Source of the DNA: a virus
Taxonomy: Duplodnaviria; Heunggongvirae; Uroviricota; Caudoviricetes
Virus record (IMG/VR): IMGVR_UViG_3300029305_003072
DNA: 64,000 nucleotides
Reading direction: 5' to 3' (one strand)
The translations under genes were made by a program, and so were the position numbers. The notes beneath the pieces were generated by a model, which saw nothing but the letters and a program-made list of their open reading frames with translations, was not told where the DNA came from and ran no database searches. Shown here piece after piece: positions 57,001 to 64,000 of the stretch (its first letter is position 1; every line of letters begins with the position of its first letter).

Positions 57001-60000
57001 GATTTGCAGCTGGTTTATAGGGATTATTGGATTCTGGCGCAGTAACTGTAGAACAAATGAATGACATTTTATCAGGTATTGGTTATGAACCAATTATTGA
57101 ATATGAACAAGTAGCAGTTAGTTCTTTTGCCCGTCAAAGCCAATAGGGTTATATTCAAGTTGCAGGTGTTGATGGAAGCATTGAATATGTGCCAATTACA
57201 TCTGACATGGATATTAGTGGTGAACAATATGTATATGTTCCAAAAATCGGTAGTTCTAAATATAAAGGCGGCGGTGGTGGTGTCGCTGATGCTAAAGCCA
57301 ATAAAGGCGGTGGCGGAGGAGGCGGTGGCGGCTCCAAGCCAAAGAAAGCCGACAAAGTAAAGAAAACTGATGTTGTTGACCGATATAAAGAAATTGACGA
57401 TAAACTTGATGACATTGCAGATAAAATGGATGATGCTTCTAAGGCTGCTGACCGTCTATGGGGTCCTGCACGTTTAAAGCAAATGAAAAAAGTTAATGAT
57501 GCTTTAGAAGAAGAAATTGATGCATTAAAGAAAAAACGAAAAGAAGCACAAGATAATCTTGATATTGATAAAAAAGCTTTGAAAGATACTATTAGTGCAG
57601 AAGCAGGAGTTACAATTACAGACGCAGATTTTGACGCAGAAGGCAATTTCACTAGATATGATGAAGTTTTAACTGATTTATATAATGAAATTGATGCTGC
57701 TATAGAAGCGGCCAATGCTGATGGTAATGCTGATGAAGATGAACAAGAAAAAATTGATAAAATTCAAGAGCGTATTGATAAAGTAAAAGAAGCAATTGAC
57801 CAATATGATGAAACTCGTGAATTAATTGAAGATTTAGACAATGATATTCAAGATAAAATTTACGAATGGCAAGATAACAATTATGAACAATTAAATTATA
57901 AACTTGAATATGAAATTGAAATTAATGATTCTGAACTTGAATTATTAGAATATTATATGGGCAAAGCTGAAGGTAATATTTATAAAACTGCAGAAGCTTT
58001 TGGATATTTAGCTGGACAAGCCGATATTTATACTGATAATTTAAAGCATCAAGAAGAATATGTTAATGAATTAACTAGGGCTTATTATGCTGGTGAAATT
58101 TCTATGGATGCATATAAGGAAGGTTTGCGTGAAGCTCAAAGTGCAACCATTGAAAACTTATAGGCATTAGAAGAACAAAAGAAAGCTATGCAAGAGTATT
58201 ATGGTGAAGTAATGGATATGGCTCTTGAAGAAATTTCTTTGTATACAGATGAAATGGAAGAGTTAAATTCTGTTCTCGACCATTATTCTAATATTCTTGA
58301 ATTAGTTGGTAAGCAAGAAGATTATGCAACCAAGGGTAAAGTTTTACAATCCAAAGCCGCAAATCTTCGCAATGAAATGCAAGTCCAACAAAAACTTTAT
58401 GAAAAGTCTAATGCCGAAGCTGAAGATTGGGCTGCTAAAATGGCAACAGCAATTGAAGGTTCTAATGAGTATGAAACTTATAAAAAGAATTGGATTGCGG
58501 CCCAAGAGGCAGCTAATGAAGCTCAAGAAAATATGTTAAGTAAGACTGAAGAGTGGGCTGAAGCAATGAAGGCAGTTATTGAAAATGAATTAGCTGGATT
58601 AGCTAAGACCATGGAAGAGTCTTTAACGGGCGGAACTTCATTTGATGAGTTATTAACTTCTATGGAGCGCCGCAGTAGTCTACAAGAAGAATATCTAACA
58701 ACTACAAATCAAATTTATGAAACTAATAAATTGATGCGTCAAGCTCAACAAGAAATTGATAAAACTACTAACTCTGTAGCAAAGCGAAAGTTGGCTAATT
58801 TCATTAATGAAACAGAATAGATGCAAAATCAAACTGAGTTAAGTCAATATGAGTTAGATATCCAGTAGGCCAAGTATGATTTACTTTTGGCTGAAATTGC
58901 ATTAGAGGAAGCTCAAAGTGCTAAATCTACTGTTCGCTTACAGCGCGATAGTGAAGGCAATTTTGGTTATGTTTATACTGCGGACCAGTCTGCGGTCGGT
59001 GAGGCCGAACAAGAATTGGCAGATAAGCAAAATGCTCTTTATAATCTTGGATTAGAAGGTGCTAATGATTATAGTCAAAAGTATGCTGAAACCATGCAAG
59101 AAGCTCAAGATGCTATTACTGAATTAACAGAAATGTGGATGAATGGTGAAATTGAGTCTGAAGAAGAATATCAAAGACGCAAGGCTGAAATTCAGGATTA
59201 TTATTATGAGAAATTAAAGCAATATTCAAGCTTATATCAAGTAGCATTAACTACTGATAGTAATGTTATCAAAGATGCTTGGAGTACTGACTTTAGTGAT
59301 ATGATGTATAAGACTGAAGATTGGAAAGTCGCAACTGATGATTACTTTGCCGGAGCTGCTGAAAGCATGAAGACCTGGGCTGAAGTTTGTGGAACCGTTC
59401 TTGAGGAATCTGGTCTTGATGACGTAAGTAAAAAGGTTGAAGAAATCAATACCAAGAGTGAGAATTTGAAAAATACTCTAATTGGTGAAGATGGCGAGAG
59501 CGGCGTTGTTGGTGCAATGATGTCTGAAGTTGAAGCTGCGGGTAAGTTAAGTGAAGCTTATATTGGCATTCAAAATCAAATTGATGAAGTTATTAAGAAG
59601 TATGAAGAAATGATGGGTGTAATTAATGAAGATTATACCAATGAAAATACTCCTGAAGTTACTCCTGCGATTACTCCAGACCCTGAACCCGAGCCAGAAG
59701 AACCAGTTCCTGAACCAGAGCCTGAACCTGAGGAGGCCACTGTTCCTGAATTAAAGGTTGGTTCTACAGTTACCGTTAAGAAGAGCGCAAGCAGATGGGC
59801 TACTGGAGAAGGTATTTGGAATCCAGTTAAGGGCAACAATTTCAAAGTTAAGAAAATTAATGGAGAAAAAGTTCTTATTGGAGACCCTTCAGGTCCTAAC
59901 TATAGTGCTTCTGGCATTACAGGTTGGATTAAGAAAACTGACCTAGAGGGCTTTGCTACTGGTGGCTACACTGGAGACTGGGAAGGTTCTTATGGTAAGT

Positions 60001-60293
60001 TAGCAATGTTACACCAAAAAGAATTGGTGCTAAATGCAAATGATACTGAAAACTTCTTGCAAGCAATGGATATTCTTGATAAGATTGTTTCTGCTATTGA
60101 TTTGTATAGTATGAATTCTCAGCTTGGTGGAGCTTTATCTAGTCCGTCTCTTGGAAATATGGGCGGTGGAGATGTCCTTGAACAACAAGTACATATTGAA
60201 GCTAGTTTCCCAGGAGTACAAGATAGAAACGAAATCGAAGAAGCATTTAATACTCTTATCAATAGAGCATCTCAATATGCTAATCGTAAATAA
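51018..60293 (+). CDS. tail tape measure protein, ~3091 codons, containing ~50 in-frame TAG
   Basis: Nine ORF-track pieces (51018, 51687, 52194, 55038, 55614, 56619, 57189, 58188, 58887) share one frame. Codon-by-codon reading shows only TAG interruptions and a single TAA at 60291-60293. The protein has Ala/Gln/Glu/Lys-rich coiled-coil composition, Gly-rich (GGGGGVADAKANKGGGGGGGGGSKPKK) and Pro/Glu-rich (PEPEPEEPVPEPEPEPEE) linkers, and a conserved-looking C-terminal domain. Confidence 0.8.
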
Positions 60294-60299
60294 ATTTTT

Positions 60300-60339
60300 G
60301 GGTAGGTTATAGAAATATAACCTACCCTTTTCTTTATTT
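60300..60339 (+). terminator. rho-independent terminator (GGGTAGGTTATA-GAAA-TATAACCTACCC + T-rich)
   Basis: A 12-bp stem with a GAAA loop. Confidence 0.8.
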
Positions 60340-60356
60340 GGTCTAATTAAAAAAAT

Positions 60357-60385
60357 TGACTTTTCACAAATTTTATAGTATAATA
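60357..60385 (+). promoter_or_regulatory. promoter TTGACT-17-TATAAT
   Basis: TTGACTtttcacaaattttatagTATAAT. Confidence 0.65.
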
Positions 60386-60417
60386 GATTAAGGAGAGAAA
60401 GGAGAGTTTGAGTATTT

Positions 60418-63400
60418 ATGGCAATTGAAGTTGATAATCTATTTCAAGCACTAGATATTATTTTAGATTAGCGCTTGCAAAATATGAATTATGATAAAAC
60501 CGATGTTTGTATTATTACTGATGATAGAGATGCTAAAAATGGTCACTATTGGGTTTCTCCAAACAATGGTGAAACTAGATATGAAGCATTTAGTGAGTCA
60601 GAAGAATATAAAAAAGGTGAGAGTGTCAGAGTTTCTATTTTAAATGGAGATTATACTCAAAAGAAATTTATCGTAGGTAAATATGTAGTAGATGATGCTA
60701 TTACTCCCATTACTTATGTTTCTCCTCTAGATACGGTTATTGATGTTACTGGAAATATGATTAGTGAAGCCAAAGCTAATGCTCAATATGGTTTAATTTC
60801 AAATGGTACAGTATCAGAAATTCCGATTTGGAGTGCGGATTTGGCTTTAGACCAATCTTATAAAGATTTACAAGCCAGTGGCATTTATAATACTATTAGT
60901 TTATCTGCTAATTTTAAAACTTTATTAGATAACTATGATATGCGTTCAGGCTCTTTTGGATTGCGCCTAGATGTATATGTAAAATTAAATCCAAGTAGTG
61001 AAAAATATATTGTTCGCTCTGTGTATATGGATAGTTCTGAAATGTTTGGTAATCCATATGCTTTTACACTATATTCTCCCCAGAGTAGAAAATATGATTT
61101 AAGTCAGCTTGGTGCCGTTGAAAAATTAAGTTTATGGTTTTATCAACGAGGAGATTTTTCTTATTATGATTCAAATCAAAGACAAACAGTTAATATTGAT
61201 TATAAAAAAATTCCAAGAGAAAATATTTTATTGAGAGATATTAAAATTGGATTTGGTAGCGATTTGACTATTGTTCAAGATAATACAATTCAAGCTTTTA
61301 CAACCAATTCTTCTACTTATAGATTAATTGTTACTAAAGCAGATAATGAAAAAGGATTAGGATTTTTGTGGTATAACAAAGATGAAAACAATCAATATTT
61401 GGGATACAGCGATGGCATTGTTGATTTTGAATATAAGGATGGAAATGTTGTTTATACCAATAAGCTTGATAAAAATTAGAATAAAGTAACTCAAGATGTT
61501 CTTGATGAAAAGAAACGAGCTATTTTAGAATTTGCTAAGGATGATAAGGATAATGTTATCCTAGTCTCTGTATTAGATGATGATGGATATGAAATTTCTT
61601 TTGATGATTTAAAAATCACTATTGACGATGCTTTAATCATTTTAGCAAATGAGGTTAGTAATTTAAAACTCCAATTACAAATTCAATATGACAATGAAGA
61701 AATTGGTTTTAATGAGTTCATAGCTCGTAAATCAGATATTGATAATTATGAGCGAGTTAAACGGACTTATCTTAATACTAATTATTCTAATGAAGAGCTT
61801 GAGCAAGCTATTGAGAGCCAGCGTAGTGCAGAATTGGAGGGTTTAAGATTACAATTCGAAGCTGGTGCTTTTGGCGAAGGCGATGAAGCAAATTAGAGAT
61901 ATAATAAAGAAATAGCAAAAGTTAATGATTTATATAACAATAAGCGTGCTGAATTAAGAAATTATAGAGTTCAAAAAACCTATGTTCTTTAGAAGAAATA
62001 GCAAGATGTAATGATACAAAAAGTCGCTCCATATGATGAGTTTAAATATATGGAAGAAAGCGAAACAGATGCTCGTTTAACCGCACAAGCCGGCAAAGAA
62101 GGCGTTCCTTCTGATGCTAAGAGTTTAAAATTATCTGCAGATTTGGCTGAAGTTAAGCCTTTAATGACTAAAACTTTTGATTTAGTTACCAAAGATTTAA
62201 CTGCGGTGCTCCGTCAAATGCGCGACCGCACGAACTCTATCGCAGATATCACTACGGCTTTAAATGCATTACTATTAACTCCTACCAAGGATGCCGCAGG
62301 ACAAATCCACGGTACGGAAAGAAATAACATTCTTGCTTGGTATGATTTTACTGATGCAATGAGAGAAGAAATGTATGGTGTTTATACAGAACTTCTAGAA
62401 TATAATTATTTACATTAGGAAAATTTAAAGAAACTTCCTGCAGAGCAAGAAACTGATGCTATCCTTAGAGAGAAAATGGGAGAGCATTTACAAGCTTGGA
62501 ATAAATCTGATTTATATTTAAATATTCAAAATAGTTTTAAGTCTTCTTTAATTCCAATGATAACTAACTTTTTTACAAATGCTCAAACTACAATTGATGC
62601 AAATTATAGTGGTTATCAAGGTATTTATGATACTTATAAAACTAAGGCTGATAAAATAATTGTTCAAATTAATGAGAATTTAAATAAAATGTGGGCAATT
62701 GTTGATGACAATAATGCTATTATGGTAGACATGAGACCTTATAATAATGGCCGCGTATATTTAGATTATAATAAAAAAGATTTATCTAACTATGATAATC
62801 GTTATGCAATCTATTGGTATAGATATGAGCCTGGATACACAAGTGATGATAGATTATATCCAACTGAATGGAAACGTTTAACGACAAAAGCTGATTTCGG
62901 TATTGATGAGTCTGATGAATTAGTATATAACTTTGGATTACCAATTTATGATGATTTTGTTTTAAGAGATGGACAATACTATTTTTCTGATAAGGTTCAA
63001 GGAACCAATGTCTCTGCAATTCGCATGATGGATGGACAGAGAGTAAATGAAAAATATAAAATTGTTTTATTCTATAATCACGAAATGTATGAAAGTAATG
63101 AAGTAGAATTTACTAATTTAGATGATGTAGTTGACCCAACCACAGCAGATAAGAATGATGCTATTGTTATTACTCACGGCACGAATTCACAAGATACTTA
63201 CCAGAGTTATGGTTTAAGTAATTTCTTGGTAAATGCGGCCGACGCAAGTAAGGTGCGAGAATTATCTGTGCATTATGAAGGTATTCTTGCAGGAGATGAA
63301 GCTTTAGCTAATACACAAGTATATTGGTATATTCCAAATACTGCTACTATGTTAACTTGCGATGATAAGCATTTAACTGAAACTTTAGGTTTTTATTCTG

Positions 63401-64000
63401 ATTTAAATATTTCAGACGGAGAAAAACCTGATTATAGTAGAAATGGTTATACTTGTTATTATAAAACAATTGGTGTAGAAACAGTGCAAATTACAGATGA
63501 CCCAGAAACAGAAGAGGTTGAATCTGGAGAAAAAGTTACTGCAAAAGCAAGTGATTTAACATTCACTTATAAGATTAAAGATTATTATTTATCTACCTCA
63601 AGCCGCAATGAAATTTTCTGTAAGGTAGTAAAGGATGAATATACATTTGAGACAAGTATTGTTTTGGCATTTACGTCTCTTGGAACCAGTGGTACTGATT
63701 ATACATTGGCAATTACTCCTTCTACAACTCAAATTGCAACTTATGCTTCTGGATATTTGCCATTAAATATTGTTTTATATGATTATAAAAATAATACTAT
63801 TCCTATGACTACAAATTTATTATCGACAGTAAAAGATGGAGCATCTAACTTTAAGTTAGGTTGGGAAGGACCACACTCCTATGATTTTGCTACATTATCT
63901 GATGCCGATGATAATATCGTTGGAGCGAATATTCAATTAACAACTTAGCCATAGGATAATAATAGTTTAATTTATGGTGTTTTAAAAGCAACTGTTGATT
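60418..64000 (+). CDS. large tail protein (distal tail/baseplate/fibre candidate), >=1194 codons, continues beyond window end; >=8 in-frame TAG
   Basis: ATG 60418 after AAAGGAG. One frame stays open to the window end with no TAA/TGA; the 61480-62010 and 62419-62475 gaps were checked codon by codon. Track pieces 60475, 62011 and 62476 are in this frame. Confidence 0.6.

Noticed and set aside
34168-64000. Interpretation of the late genes as pseudogenes disrupted by nonsense mutations.
   Set aside because: About 90 interruptions are all TAG, never TAA/TGA, with frame always preserved and genes intact in length; this is not mutational decay.

Overview
The window is a contiguous stretch of a large tailed-phage genome; no bacterial chromosomal genes are recognisable. 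Positions 1-34000 are mainly leftward (minus-strand) early and middle genes translated with the standard code. Nearly every small gene or short operon there has its own consensus sigma-A/sigma-70 promoter (TTGACA/TTGATT, 17-bp spacer, TGnTATAAT). Two multi-copy promoter+leader cassette families carry these promoters, and many rho-independent terminators separate the units. Recognisable products in this half are: a phage-encoded release factor RF2 (SPF and GGQ motifs); an HD hydrolase; an AbrB/SpoVT regulator; a DEDDh 3'-5' exonuclease; a HAD 5'-nucleotidase; a P-loop kinase-like protein; a FolD homolog (an auxiliary metabolic gene); a replication-initiator-like wHTH protein flanked by iterons; DUF559-like endonucleases; and triplicated/duplicated paralog cassettes. 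Positions 34100-64000 are a rightward late structural operon: terminase large subunit, portal, scaffold-like and capsid proteins, major tail protein, chaperone, a 9.3-kb tape measure gene and a long tail protein that runs off the window. In this operon TAG is clearly a sense codon. About 90 in-frame TAGs occur in otherwise uninterrupted frames, genes end only in TAA or TGA, and the capsid and major tail genes contain no TAG. This matches known amber-recoded gut phages (translation table 15-like) that carry their own RF2. Strong Shine-Dalgarno sites, sigma-A promoters and AbrB-like genes point to a Firmicutes host. Other oddities are a permuted tRNA-Asp-like element in a 5' leader, four tiny rightward promoter-hairpin-terminator units, and overlapping sense/antisense promoters. 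No suppressor tRNA-CUA was found in this window. Because the query ORF track splits late genes at every TAG, I merged its pieces by reading the frames.
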